From NCBI RefSeq assembly GCF_009914755.1, contig NC_060930.1: a stretch of DNA of 64,000 nt. One strand, given 5' to 3'. This DNA is from the human T2T-CHM13v2.0 reference genome, Homo sapiens. Made by a program: the position numbers and the translations under genes. Positions 47,080 to 61,126 of this stretch are shown one piece after another (within the stretch, counting starts at the first letter, position 1; each line of letters opens with the position of its first letter). The notes under the pieces were generated by a model. It was given only the letters and a program-made list of their open reading frames with translations, was not told the origin of the DNA and made no database searches.

Positions 47080-47222
47080 AGTCAGGCATGGTGGTATGTG
47101 CCTGTAATCCCAGCTACTTGGGAGGCTGAGGCAGGAGGATCACATGAGCCCAGGAGTCCCAGACCAGCCTGGGCAACACGGCCAATAACCCATCTCTAAA
47201 AAATAATAAATAAATAAAAATA
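47080..47222 (+). mobile_element. Alu monomer (FAM/FLAM_A), TSD AATGCCTTGG
   Basis: Monomer with a (TAAA)n tail. Confidence 0.82.
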
Positions 47223-47544
47223 AATGCCTTGGTAATACTGAAGATAGAACCCATAAGTTGGTCTGTACATGACACTCCCCTGGCATCTGAGGTAATCTTA
47301 GGTTATTGTTCTCCGTGTATTCCAAGCACCTTCTGTTCAGATACTGCTACTTAAACATATGCTGAGGTACCAAATAGCAGAACATTCATACAGAAAATGG
47401 CATGGAGAAAAAAGCAAACGGAATGAATCTTAAACAGGAAAGATTTCACCTTAACTTGTAAATATAACAATTTATAATATAACTTAAGTATTGTATTTAT
47501 TCAGAATCCAATGCAGAGTCGCTAATACCCCATTACTTAGCCCT

Positions 47545-49150
47545 TTTAAATTGTGGTAAAATACATATAACTTTAAATTCCCATTTTAATCATATTTAAA
47601 GTATCCAATTCAGTGGCATTAAGTTCATTGATAATGTTGTGCAACACCACTACTATCCATCTCCAGAACTTTAAAAAAATAATTCCAAACGGAAATGCTG
47701 TATCCATCAAATCATAACTCCCCTGTCCTCCCAACTCAACCCTCGGTAACACATACTTTTCTTTCTATCTTTATGAATTTGCCTATTCAGGTAAATGGAA
47801 TCGTACAGCATTTGGCCTTTTGTCTGGCTTATTTTATTTAGCATAACGTTTTCAAGGTTCATTCATGTTGTAACATATATCAGGATTTTATTTCTTTTTA
47901 AGGCTGAATGACGTTCCAATGTACGTTTATACCATATTCTGCTTTTCCTTTCATCTGCTGACAGCCATTTGGGTTGTTTTCACCTCTAGTCTCTTGTGAA
48001 TAATGATGCTAGCACCATTAGTGTACAAGTATCTGTTTGAGTCCCTGCTCTTGGGTATATACCTAGAAGTAGAATTGCTGGATCATATGGTTATTCTATT
48101 TAGTTTTTTGAAGAACTGCCTGTTTTCTACAGGCAGTTTTTGCCATTTGACATTCCCACAAGGGCTCCAGTTTCTCCATATCCTTAGCAACATTTGTTAT
48201 TTTCTGCTTTTGTCTTATTTTCTATGAAAGCCCTCCTAATTAATAAATTATAATGAAGAATCTTCTCTAATTGTGATTTTGACTTACATTTTCATCATAA
48301 CTAGTGATGCTGAGCATCTTTTTGTGAGCTTATTGGCCATTTGTGTTTCTTCTTTGGAGAAATATCTATTCTTTTGCCCAATTTTGAATTTTGTTGAGTT
48401 TTAGAAATTCTGTTTTTTTTTTTAAGAGACAGGGTCTCGCTGTCACCCAGGCTGGAGTGCAGTGACATGATCATAGCTCACTGCAGCCTCAGACGCCTGG
48501 GCTCAAGTGATGCTCCTGCCTCAGCCTCCCTAGTAGTTGAGACAACCAGTGTGTACCATCACATCCGCCTAATTAAAAAACAAATTTGTAGAGACGGGGT
48601 CTTGCTATATTGCCCAGGCTGGTCTCCAACTCCTGTCCTCAAGCGATACTCTGGTCTCAGCCTCCCGAAGTGTTGGGATTACACGTGTGAGCTGCCACAC
48701 CCAGGCAGGAATTCTTTATGTATCCGGGATATTAATCCCCTGTCAGTTATATGCTTTGCAAATATTTTCTCCCACTTTTAGGGTGTCTTTTCACTCTGTT
48801 GATAGTGTCCTTTGATGCACAAAAACTTTAAATTTTCATGAAGTCCAATTATTTTTGCTTGTTGCCTTGCTTTTGGTTTCAGATCTACAAAATCATTACC
48901 AAATCCAATGTCATCCAATGTTTACTTCTAAAAGTTGTATAGTTTTAGCTTTTATGTTCAAGTCTTTGTTCCATTTTGAATTTTTCTACATAGTGTTACA
49001 AGGCGAGGGTCCAACTTCGTTCTTTTGCGTGTAAATATCATTTTTCCAGCACCATTTGTTGAAAAGACTGCCTTTTCCCAATTGAATGGTCCTTTCACCC
49101 TTGTTGAAAGTCATCTGGCCATATGTGAAGGTTTATTTCTGTGCTCCGTA
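47545..49150 (-). mobile_element. L1M 3' portion with a reverse AluJ at 48414-48706
   Basis: TTAAATTGTGGTAAAATACATATAAC...CCAGCACCATTTGTTGAAAAGACT. Confidence 0.85.
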
Positions 49151-49375
49151 GTCTAGTTCAAACAGGTTTTGACTACTAATAAAAGCAAATCACAATTATA
49201 CTGTTAAAATTAAATATTGCTACCTTCAGAAAATTGCAGAGATAATATTCCTGGGATTACCAGTGGTGGTTAACATGTAGTAACCTTCAAACCAAAATAT
49301 GGTTTATGCGATCATGCAGTATCGCAATGATGTCATGTGACAATGTTAGACCATTTGTGATAAAATGAAAGGAAA

Positions 49376-49662
49376 ACGCAGTGGCATATGCCTGTAATCC
49401 CAGTACTTTGGGAGGCCAAGGAGTATTGCTTGAGCTCAGGAGTTCGAGACCAACCTCGGCAACATGGCAAAACCTCATCTCTACAAAAATTAGCTGAGTG
49501 TAGTGGCATATGCCTCTAGTCTGAGCTACTCAGGGCCCTGAGGTGGGAGGATTATTTGGGCCCAGGAGGTTAAGGCTGCAAGTGAGCTGTGATCATGCCA
49601 CTGCACTCCAGCCTGGGCGAGAGTGAAACCCTGCCTCAAAAATTAAAAAAAAAAAAAAAAAA
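49376..49662 (+). mobile_element. AluJ
   Basis: Diverged dimer with an A-tail. Confidence 0.88.
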
Positions 49663-51614
49663 GAAAAATTAGGCATTTTATTATTTTCAAAGAATATCTC
49701 TGTTTCAAATTATGTTGTTGATCTTGTTAGAAAGATAGAATATGTTCTTTGTTTATGAAAATAAATAAGAGACTGCCTATGGATAATTTTTAGCTGAACC
49801 CAAAGCCAGACATTGCTCTCAAATGTTTTCATATACTTTTATCATTAACACAGTTTTGGAATCTGAATACTTAACTAAGAAATCTGATTGTGATATCTTT
49901 CCAAATATTTAATTTGTATTGCTTTTTGACAAACTTTTGTATATGGTTCCTGTGGACATGAATAAAGTATTTCCAACTATGTTGTATTTAACATTTTTCC
50001 TTTCCCATCCTCTAATCCACATTAACACTCTCTACAACGTAACAAAAGACACAGCAAAACAAACGAATTGTGGTTTAGCTCATCAAGATGCCCTCTTTCT
50101 GCTTGAGCTGCGGTACAGAGTACTGTATATACAAAGAAAATATTTTTTACTGTTTACCTCTTAGGACCTATCTCTTCACTCCAGATTTAAAATCATAGTG
50201 TTTGGAGAAAAGCCACGAGTTAGAAACTCAATGTTTTATGATGATGAAAAGGTAAATATTTTAAGATACAGTGTTAGTGAAATTTAATACCTATGTATAA
50301 TTGGTTATGAAGGATTAATAGAATGAGATAAGAACTAAGCATCTTGACCTATATGTAAAAATCAATTTGACATCTAAGGTAATGCAATTAATAGTATCTG
50401 CTCACTGTGCTTTTACTTCTAAAATCCTAGCATAAAAGTAATCAATCAGGCTGTTATAATGATATTTACATTATCACTTCTCTGCAAAAACCCTGGGTCC
50501 CTTTTACCTCTCTCCTTCTATTATCCAACACTATCCTAATCCTGGTAAGTCCAAATATCCCTTTGTAGAAACTTGCTGCTAGTAGCTGAAGATGGTCAAA
50601 ACCCACAGTCATTCTGCTGGGTTTCAATAGAAATATATAGTCTGTGATCTCAATTATGCCTGATAATCCTTTTACAGTTTTCTAATACATTTGCTCTTCT
50701 ACTTTTCAAGACAACAACTATTTTCTCATCTGTAGCAATTTATACCTTTCCTAAGACCTTTCATAAGCTATCTCATATTATCTTCTAGGAAGGTAGGATG
50801 GAAGGTAGTATGTATTATATAGCCCAGGAGACTGAGTCACAGAGGTTAAGACACTTGATGGCACAGCCAGTGCTACCCTCAGAGAAAGGAGTTTCCTATC
50901 ACTGGGAGTATAAAAGCTCAGTCAGGGATGTTATGAAGAAGATTCAGGTATTCTATGGGCGGTTCATCCCCTTCTCCTCCTGTCCTTTTAATTTCTCTCT
51001 CTGTCCTCCAGCATGAAAGCATGATAAAGTCTCCTAAAGACACAAACAAAGCCCATCTTGACCCTTCCCAGTCTATGACTTTACTTTCTCTTTCCTCTTC
51101 CCTGTATTACTAAGTTTTTTTCAAAGAGAAGTTTTTACTCACTGTCTCAACTTCCTTGACTTCCATTTCCTTCTTTCCTAGAATCTGGCTTTTGTTGCCA
51201 CTGTTACCCTGAATCTGCTTTTGCTAAGACCATCTTGTAGTTGTCAAAGCCAATGGACACTTTTCATTTTTTCCCTTTTCTGACACCCATAGCATTTAAC
51301 ATTGTTGGCTGGCTGCTGGGTCTCTCTGAAACTTTCTTCTTCCAGGACACTATGCTTTTTTGGATCTGTAACTCTACTTCTCATTCTCATTCAAGCCCTG
51401 TCTGTTTCTGACATGTTGGTTTCTCCCAAAGTTCTATCCTCAACCCCCTTCCTTGTTGTTCTCATCCACACTTGTGGATTTCTCTATCTCATACATGCCA
51501 TGTTCCAAAACATCTGTAGCCCAGTCTTTCTTTTCCTGAGCTCCAAACCCCTATGTCTCACTCCCTATTAATTACACCAATTTAGAAAACTATCAAACTG
51601 GCCTTTAAGACAAA

Positions 51615-52293
51615 TTAAAATCAAATTGACTATTTATTCTTTACCCAGTGACTTTTGGCCATAAAACATAGTATTAATTATAGATACTAACTGTACTAAA
51701 GTTCTAGATCTCAACTATCAAAACTGAAAAAAAAAAAACCACCTAAAAGTCAACAGTATTTTATACACTTGAAAGTCCACAATTTACACAAGCACTTTCA
51801 TTCTAGCTTTGTAAATTTAGAGAACAATTTAGTTAAAATTACACATTGTACTGGAACAAGAGTTTCTATTTCCCTATCCTGATTCTATTATGATTACTGA
51901 AGTCAAATAATTTGATATGACATGATTATAATGCAGTAAAACTTGTTGACAAGTCTTACCTGGAATTAAAAAATATTTAAAAATTAAAGCAAACGTAGAA
52001 AAAAATAAAAAGCATCATTGTTTGATTCTAACAAAATTTATTATGCAGTAATTACAAAGGTTAAAGACTCTTCCATCTCAAATAAAAATAACAGTTATAA
52101 TTACACACATAATATAGTACCTTATAGAATGATTCCAATAAATATCACAGGAAATACAGTGCATTTTCAAGTTGGAGAGACAAATACTTTCTCATTCACA
52201 GTGTTTGACATAGGAAAGCCTATTTACATAACAATCTGTATAAAGTCATGCTCTTAGTAACAGTCTATACAGAGCTGTGCCAACACAATTCTT
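51615..52293 (-). other. FAM184A: FAM184A 3' UTR with two AATAAA signals (52037-52042 and 51633-51638)
   Basis: Repeat-free AU-rich sequence after the stop codon; TTTATT on the plus strand at both positions. Confidence 0.7.
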
Positions 52294-52375
52294 TCAGAAT
52301 GTGAAGTACCGGGCAAACCACTCCTGGCGCTGGGGATCTGGAGAAGCCACTGGAGAAGCTTCACTCTGAGCAGGA
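52294..52375 (-). CDS. FAM184A: FAM184A last coding exon: (S)PAQSEASPVASPDPQRQEWFARYFTF-stop
   Basis: gaattcag|T acceptor completes the split AGT codon; TGA at 52296-52294. Confidence 0.92.
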
Positions 52376-53951
52376 CTGAATTCATAAAAAGAGAGACATG
52401 TAACCCAGCATTAAGTCATTTTGCAAAATGAAGGCAAAAGCACATAAAACATCAGCATAGATTACCACAACGGGTTCCCCATGTTGTAAGTCGTGTTTTA
52501 AAGATTTGCTACCCCCTCTATACTAGAATCGGTTCTCCACTCCATGAGAGCATAAGAGTGCATCAGCAGCTCAAATGAAGTCAGTTAAGGAGGAGCCACA
52601 TCACAACAATCACAAAGAACAAAAAACAACTGCAAAAATGTCACCTTCTTTGAATAAAAAATTCAGTAAGAATTGTGGGAAACGAGAGAATAAAATAATG
52701 GTCCTCTCTTTCAGCACCTTTTCTCTTTTAGCTGATCGTACAGATGTGTCCTTAAATATAACTAAAGTAACTACTAGTATTTTTTACTATATGCATTTTA
52801 CATTAAATTTTCATTTCATAATTCCCTATGCAAATACTCCAGGAAAGGGAGAACACTAAAAATATAATTTCCCCCGTTATTGATGTTATATAGTTTATAC
52901 TTTTCTTAATTCTAACTAAAGATTCTTTGGGCTACTTAAGAAAACAAAAGAATCCCTACCGTCTTTGGGGAAAATTACAAGGCACGCAACAATGTGTAAT
53001 GGAAACTCCAGTAGTCATGTTCCTTGAGCTCATGCACATGCATCTTACTGATACCTGAACATACCCATGCACAAGGGAAAATAAGCAACACAAAATATTT
53101 AGCAGGAGACAAATTCAGAGGTGTATCTGACTAATTTTCATTCTTGCTATTTTTTTTGTTAATCATTAACTATGTCACTAATCACTTAGCCTAAAAAAAC
53201 CTGCCTACTTTGTAAGACTATTACTAGTGACACTGCTAAGATTTAGTAAGAATAAGAAAAAAAACATAAAGCAGCAAAAAATCAGTAATAGTAAGATGAG
53301 CATAAAACAACAGTACTTTCTGACTTTATCTAATGGCTAAATTTCTAATGAAATTTGCATTTCATTCAAAATTTGCTAATACATTTAATCAACAACTGCA
53401 AGGTAAAAAATTGGAATGGAAATTTTTAAAATTATTTATTTTTTCTAAATTTAGTTTTTGCATAAGTATATTTAAGTTCCCAGAGTTTACGTATGTTTCT
53501 ATTTTGACAATAAGCATATATATATATATATTTATAAATAATCTTGGTAAACAAGAAAGGGAAAAAAATAAACATATATAAAAAACAAAAACCACTTAGT
53601 AAACAAAAAATTATTTTAAAGTTCTACAATAAGGATGGATTGTTAATTTAAAAATTGGTGACAATACTAAAAATAAAGTAATTGTGCATAATATTAAAAT
53701 TCTAATGATATAAATTACATTAACACCTCTTCAAGTACTTAGAAAATTGACTGATGACCACAAATTAGAAAAAATCTTTTTAACACAGTCAAAAGGAAGT
53801 TCTCTAGAGAGGGGATAAATATACTTTGAAGAAAATATTTCATAGTAATTTTTCTTAGGTTGTTCTTAAAGTAGTGATTTCTGCAATGTAAGAAGGTAAA
53901 TTTCTCAAGTTAAAAAAGAAAAGAAAAAAACATTGGTGAGACGGGTCTCAC

Positions 53952-54154
53952 CTCAAAAATGTCTTGGGCCCTTTAGGTGGCACTGGCTGTGGAAGTGGTT
54001 TGCTGCTGTTGAACTCAATATCGTGGACTGGAGAATTAGGAATGGGATCCAGGCGGTTAGGATGTCCATTGCCCACTCCACCAGATTCCAGAGCACTTAG
54101 ATTGGGAACACTCACAAACCTGTTTGTTGGTGATTTATCATTCTTCTTCTTTTG
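53952..54154 (-). CDS. FAM184A: FAM184A penultimate exon: QKKKNDKSPTNRFVSVPNLSALES...PPKGPKTFL
   Basis: taatgcag|CAA ... TTGAG|gtgaga; 203 nt; lies within ORF 53948..54193. Confidence 0.92.
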
Positions 54155-56235
54155 CTGCATTAAAAATAATACATGTGAGGATAGTCCCTGCATGAGGACA
54201 AATGAGAAAATAGGAATGGTAGAAGATAGAAATTTGGCATGGGAAAATTTTGGAAGCTTTATGTTAAATTAAAATGTTAATTAACCAGTGTTACCCAAAC
54301 TGTGGTCTGGGAATCCTTGGAGGTATTTTTTATCTACATGGAATCCTCAAAGACAGACATGCTACCAGGGCAGAAAGAATGAGGAAGAAACATTTAGGAG
54401 TCATTCACGAGGAATGAGAGAGAAGGTAAAAAGAGTGCCAAGGGGTAAAGAATACCCTTTTGGGAAGAAAAGGGAAAAAGGATTAGGGGAGAGAGCAAGT
54501 CTTGCAGATAGAAGGTTAAATGGATTTAGGCTAAAATTAGGAGAAGGGGTAAAGTTAAACATAATTTTAAAAGAGAGTCCATGAAATTTAGCCATCTGTC
54601 AAAGGGAGGCAGTTCTTGCCTGGAAAAAAAAAAAGGAATGAGAAAATGCTTGGCAATGTAGTTTGAAACAAATTGCACATTTCTACTAAAGACCTAAAGC
54701 TGACTTAAGAGAAATAATCTGGTTTTAAATTCACTGTGACATCTATCTTTCTGAAGAGAGAAAGTTATATCTGCATAATTAAGTCTAATTTCCATATTAC
54801 TTGGCAGTATCATTAATTGGCTCATATTTTTTAAACTTTAAAGGTTACAAAACAATAGTAATCAGCTGATTTTTTAATGTGTCTTTAAAATTAAGAGATA
54901 AAAAGACAAATTCCACTGCAGATTATCAAAATCTATCAGCTTGCAATTCACTAACTTTAGTCTCAAAGTATTTTATTCACATCTCTAGAATCAATGATCA
55001 TCATCTTGCTATGAGAAATAAAAATTAACATGTTACTAGATATTTAGAATATTCTCATATTTTACTAATTAGATGTATACCAATTAAATTTGTAAGCTTT
55101 TTAGGGAAATAACTCGAGTTTGGGAAAAAATGCAATTAATATACAAGATGGAACTTTTATTTTTATTTATCTCATTGTCTAAACATTTTCCTCTGTCATA
55201 TTCTGTGACTTGTAGAGTCTCTGATGAAAATCCTATTTTAGCATAACCAGAAAAAGAAAATAATAATAATACCTTCCTCAGAACTATTTGTGAAAACTAA
55301 AGTCACTATTAGGAGTCAAAAGTAGTTTGAAAGTTCTTACAAAGATGTATCTTTTGCATTTTCTTATTCTAGTCACCAGAGGGCATAATTAAACCTACTT
55401 AAGGTTTCTATTTTAAGAAATCAAAAGAATACTGGTAAAGTTCTACAGTAATCATTTTGCAGCTAAAAAATTTAATTCCAATAAAATAAATAAATGAAAA
55501 GGAGTATTTTTAGTATATCTTTTTTTCCACAAACCTCATAATCTTGCTTTATAATTAAAATCTTATTTCACCCTAAATTATGAATTAAAAAACTAAAACT
55601 AATTATAATTATTCATTCACCAATTATTTACTCAGAGCTTTCTATCTGCCAGGCAGTATTTTAGACTCTGAGATACAGCTACATGCCACTACAGTCATTC
55701 TATTTTAGAAAACATTCAAGTTTAAAGTTTGGAACACTTTAACTTGTAAAGGAAGGATAGATTCAGTGTTCTTAATAGAGAAGTTTTACGAGCTGTGAAA
55801 GGAAAGGAAAATTTCTGGGTAAAGTCCTAATAAAAATTAGGCATGACGTGAAACTTAATAAAATCTGAATTTGAAAAACAGCTTTGGAACTATCACTTTT
55901 ATTTATTCTACTACTGATTTCTGCCATAAGATTCATAATTCCTATGAAGCCAATATATATATATATGTATATATATAATCATTTATTCTTTATGACTTCC
56001 TTTATTCACAGAATAATTTGTGGTGGCTTATAGGGAATGTGATGAAATTTTGCAACTGAACAAATATTTACTGAATACCTACTATACCCAAAACATGATT
56101 GGAGCCATGGGAAGCTAGGGTACAAAGATTTATAAGACTTGGCCATGTCTATTTCAAGGCTCTTCTTTTTGTCCCAAGAGAGTAACAAATATCAAAATAA
56201 GTCATACTCAATTTTAATTAAGAACGGTCATAAAG

Positions 56236-56383
56236 CTGGGCAAAGTGGCATACACCTGCAATCCCATCCACTCGGGAGCTGGAAGCAGGAGGATCGCTTG
56301 AGCCCAAGAGTTTGAGACCAGCCTGAGCAACGCAGTGAGACCCCATCTCCAAAACAAAAACAAAAAACCAAACCAAACCAAAA
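56236..56383 (+). mobile_element. Alu monomer (FLAM_A-like), TSD AAGAACGGTCA
   Basis: TSD at ~56220-56230 and ~56383-56393. Confidence 0.85.
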
Positions 56384-56857
56384 AGAACGGTCAGAAGGCT
56401 GAGAGAAGTAAAGCCCTTCTCTGACGATTGGTAGGCAACAAAATACATGTCCAACCCAAGGTCCATTAAGATGTTAGGCCTTAAACCAGGAACAGCTGTT
56501 GGGTATCCAGGGCTGGAGTCTCTTTCTGGACCATAAGCAGAAGATTGTGAACAATAAGAAAACAACAAGAAATAGTCTTAAGCAGAGTCAGAAGGTTAGT
56601 TTTCTTTAGAAATATGAAAAAAAGGTAGAATCAAGTTTTATAATATTGGTAAAATATATTTAAAGGAATATGAGTAGTATTCAGTTTCATTCTTAAAATG
56701 AACATATAAATAATTCATAAGTTTTAGTGCTAGATTATTAAATAGAAGAAAACATTTTTTGGGAGCTTTATCTAACTATGCTGCTCCAAATATTTTCACC
56801 AAATTTTTAACCAACTTTTAAACCACATTCCTATTCTACAGTGTTTACGGCACATAC

Positions 56858-56962
56858 CTTAGCCAATGGATTAATAACACCAACAGTAGGACTTGAGTTA
56901 AACACTTTGTTGAAGTTAGTTTCTCGATTGACTAATTCCAGCTGATAAAACTTATTATCCTC
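56858..56962 (-). CDS. FAM184A: FAM184A coding exon, third from last: EDNKFYQLELVNRETNFNKVFNSSPTVGVINPLAK
   Basis: cttttgcatag|GAG ... AAG|gtatgt; 105 nt; phase 0/0. Confidence 0.92.
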
Positions 56963-57351
56963 CTATGCAAAAGAATTATAAACATCTTTTAAATATTTTC
57001 TATGGAATATTTTAAAAACATAAATGTATAAACGCCATTTCATTTAAAATTTACTATAAAACCTGAATGAAGATTTAGATACTTTGTTTAAAGATTTCTT
57101 GACATGATTGCTGCTGTCTTAAGGAATGTTGGGGGATAAGTTTTCAACACCTTTTAAACCCCATACCCGAGCACTTGACCCTTTTCCTTCAAAAGTGGAC
57201 CTAAATGTTTTATTTGGTCCTAGCTGTTTCACAGGGCTGACTATGCAGTTTGGGCAGGTTTACAACTTACATTCATGGGGCTCTGGGCATGACTGAATTG
57301 TTTCCACAGATAAGGATGAAACTATATCATTAATCTTTATTTCCATTTCTT

Positions 57352-57538
57352 TTTATAGGCATGTGCCACCATACCCAGCTAAGTTTTTTTTGTTTGTTTT
57401 TTTTTTTTTTTTTGGTGTGTGTAGAGGTAGGGTCTCACTACATCATCCAGGTTGGACTCAAACTCCTAGCCTCAAGCAATCCTCTGGCTTCGGCCTCCCA
57501 AAGTGCTGGGATTATAAGCATGAGCCATCATATCCGGC
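57352..57538 (-). mobile_element. Partial Alu
   Basis: Reversed left arm plus linker. Confidence 0.8.
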
Positions 57539-59026
57539 CTCATTATTCTTCAGTACTGTAAATAGATTCGATTGCATCTAATATGAGATATTAATCTATG
57601 ATAGCAATGGTAATCAAAGAACAGGGAAAAAGTGATTGCCCACATAGAGATAAAACCTTTACCTTTGGCTTCACCAACAAGATGTTCTAATTGAGTAAGC
57701 AGAATGTGGGAAGGCCATAAGTAAATACAACAGTGTGTGGGAGAATGCAGGGCTGTGCTCTAGCAGAACTACATTCTAGTGAAATCTAGTAGAATTCTTT
57801 ATGCCTCTCTTAGTCACCACTGTCATTCAAATCACTAATCTTGACCTATGTGCCTCACAGTCCACGGAATCAGGCTGTTGTGGAAGGAGTATGGAACAAC
57901 CCTTGCCTACAATCCTGGCTCTTCCCTGGTGAGCTGTGCTGCTTTCGAAAGTTGCTTTACTGTATTTGCTGTGAGGACAAAATACAATTATAACACCTCC
58001 TCAGTAAGAACTGGGAATTAATAGCTATTTATATGGAACAGAGTTTCAATACATTTACTATGCTTGCTGATTTCATGTGTGAAATATAATTTTCCATGAG
58101 TCTGCTGCTACCAGATGCAGCAATCTATAAGGCCTGTGCTCATGTTCACAATATGTAGAAAATTGGGTGGCTGGTGGATTGAAGCAGCACACACTCATCT
58201 CTCCAAAGCCTGCTCCTGGATTCTACCTGTGATCCCCAATCTGCTACCTGTTGCTTTCAGCAGGAACTTCTAGTCTCAGACAACAGGCTGCCTCTCCTAA
58301 ATGCAAACAGAGATGCATTAAGGAAAAAGGACTTCAGAAATACATGTTGCTCTTATGCTCTTTTTGCATGCTAAAGTCCAAAGTCTTCAGCTGAAGATAT
58401 GAATGGTTAAAGAGTATATTCATTGTTAAATCCGTATTTTCTTAGCTGATAAACTTCAGAGCCATTAAGAACCCAGTGTTACTGACTTTCCAAGAGAGAA
58501 CCTCAGTGTTACTGACCGTCCAAGAGAAAGCATGCAACTTTTCTGTGGCTAGATTATGGAACATTTTTTTTCTATAGAGTAAAAATTTTGGATTAGTGTT
58601 TGCTAGGACACATTTTAGGAAATCAATATGCTCAAACTGTTAGTGTACAATACAGGCTAATGCATGAATGTGCTGGCTTTTCTTTGCTAGCCAATCCTAA
58701 TACTACATGTGCAACACACATACATACACACACTTCAATGGTATATTAATTGTATACTGGCAGTGACATATTATTAAACATTCAATATGTATCAAAAAGA
58801 CTTTCTTTTAAAAAAAATGAAAGACGTACAATTCCCTTACCCTAATGCCAAATTTAAATTTTAAAAATTACTTTATTCATAAACATTTCAATGAACTTTC
58901 AATCACAATGCACATGTTCTGTGTTTTCTATTTTCACTTAGCATTACTTAAAAAGATTGTCCCATATTTTCCCAATCAATATCTATTGATTACTAACATG
59001 GTTAGACTAAAACCAAAATATCTTAC

Positions 59027-59144
59027 AATTAGTTTCTTTATGATCTGGTCTCTTTCTGTAAGCATGGCTTTTAATTCTGTAATCATCTGTATATCTTCTG
59101 GTTTTGATTCTCTCATTAGATATTTTTCTTCCATTTCTTCTAAT
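59027..59144 (-). CDS. FAM184A: FAM184A coding exon, fourth from last: LEEMEEKYLMRESKPEDIQMITELKAMLTERDQIIKKLI
   Basis: ttgttttcag|A ... ATT|gtaaga; 118 nt; coiled-coil character; in frame with the next exon. Confidence 0.9.
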
Positions 59145-60360
59145 CTGAAAACAAGAAAGACTTTAGCTCATTGATATCACTCAGATACATTCTTCTGTAA
59201 TACCTACATTAAAAAAATTAGTCTAGTTGAACACACACAAAAATCTGAAACAAAACTTCTTTTTTCCTTAAAACTTTTAAGCATAATGACATGACTGCTT
59301 CAAGAGCAGTAGTTGCATTAAAGGAGTTAAAGGGGTAGATGGTACTATGAAAGGCTTTGCAGGTTACTTCTGAAGAAGTCACTCATTTTAAGTCATTCCA
59401 GAGTATTTGGAGAAAAGGTGAGCAGTATCTGGAGATAAGCTCTGCAGAAGAAATTATATGTTGAATGATACTAACCTGACAAATAACAGGTTTGATACTA
59501 GAAAGGCAGGCTCACTATTACAAGTGCTTATCACAATACAATACTGTGTGATAACACAAGGCTTGGTAACATATAAAAAGGACAAGAAACAAATACAGAT
59601 GAAAGCAAAACAAAGGACACACATGTATGACGTCATTTTTTCCTGGTTTATAGAAAAGAAAGTTTAAAAATTCTATATTATCAGCCAATACATACAAACT
59701 GAAAAAAAGTTTCATCAGGTAAGAGAAGAATTATGTTCCCTTCTAAGCCTATTCTGTCCTGAATGATATGAGGTGGTAATAGGCCTGAATGCCTTGAACG
59801 TTAAAATATAGGCCACTTTTTATAAGCAGGTGACACATCCTGCTGAGTCTAAGAATATAGGATGGGGCAGACTGAAGAGAATACAAATGGAAACTGCTGG
59901 CTTAGTTTCAGAAAAAGCACTTTCAATTTTAGAAAATGCAAATACTTAGAACAATTTTAAAAATCTTGTTTTCAGGATATAAAGGATAGAACTTAAAATT
60001 TCAATAACATTATTCAATAAAATTATGGTTAATAAAGATTCTTAGAAAAAATTATTCACTCATGAATACTGAGTAACTTGTAGATGATCTATCTTCCAGA
60101 AATCAGTTATACATTCCTATTCCCACCCAAAACCCTAGAGAGGTACCTGAATCTCAGTGTATTTGAGTACCATAAAATCCCTCCAAAAACTCAGCCTAAG
60201 CTAAAGATTTGGAGATAACATATTAGGCCCTCTATCCAGTCCCCTGGCTAAAGTTCTCAATTAGAGTGTTGGGAGGTATGAAGGTGATGAGGAAGTGAGG
60301 AAGTGATTGTCTCAGGATCAGCTAGGACTTCATCAGATCAGTGCGAGGTAAGTTGTACAA

Positions 60361-60579
60361 CAGGGGTGTCCAATCTTTTGGTTTCCCTGGGCCACATTTA
60401 AAGAATTGTCTTCGGGCACACAAAATACACTAACACTAATGATAGCTGATGAGCTTAAAAAAAAAACTCAATAAAAAAATCTTATCATGCTTTAAGAAAG
60501 TTTACGAATTTGTGTTGGGCCACATTCAAAGCTGTCCTGGGCTGCATATGGCCTGCAGGCCGTGGGTTGAACAACCTTG
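60361..60579. mobile_element. MER30-type hAT-Charlie element
   Basis: CAGGGGTGTCCAA...TTGAACAACCTTG termini; 8-bp TSD TTGTACAA/CTGTACAA. Confidence 0.85.
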
Positions 60580-61126
60580 CTGTACAATGTGTTAAGTTCC
60601 ACTATCTTTAACTTTTGTTCTTTTGTGACAATAGAGACCAAGTGAAAAATAATGTGATTTGTTAACTCAAATAAAGTGACCTTGCATTTTATCCCAATAT
60701 GGCAGAGTTAACTCTTAAAGTATTTTATGGGCAAACATTAAGAGTCGAGAAATACTAAACTAGTAAAAGAAATGGCAATTTGGGTTTTATGTTGGAGAAA
60801 CCACAAGAGGTCACTGGAGCACTTTCTTTTATCATTAAAAGCAAAGTACAAGATTTATGAAATGCTTCCCGCAGCTGAGCAAGAATACTTGGTATAAATG
60901 GTAGCTAAACAACTAAATTTAAAGCCTTATTTAAAACTATTATTTCTATTTTTTTGTTAATTGAGAAGTTAAGGTAAAGTGAATCTAAAGCAATCAGTTA
61001 CAATCTCTGAACCACTTTTTTTTGCATAAAAGGTCTATCCCTGAATCCAAATTGCAGTGTTTTTATTTAGCTTAAACATCCTTTGCCTACAGAATTATTA
61101 TCAGTTAATCTTCTCTATAAAATATC

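Noticed and set aside
54288-54595. 98-aa plus-strand ORF and purine-rich stretch in a FAM184A intron
   Set aside because: No recognisable domain or splice support; it begins with a hAT-like terminal sequence and is probably decayed repeat.
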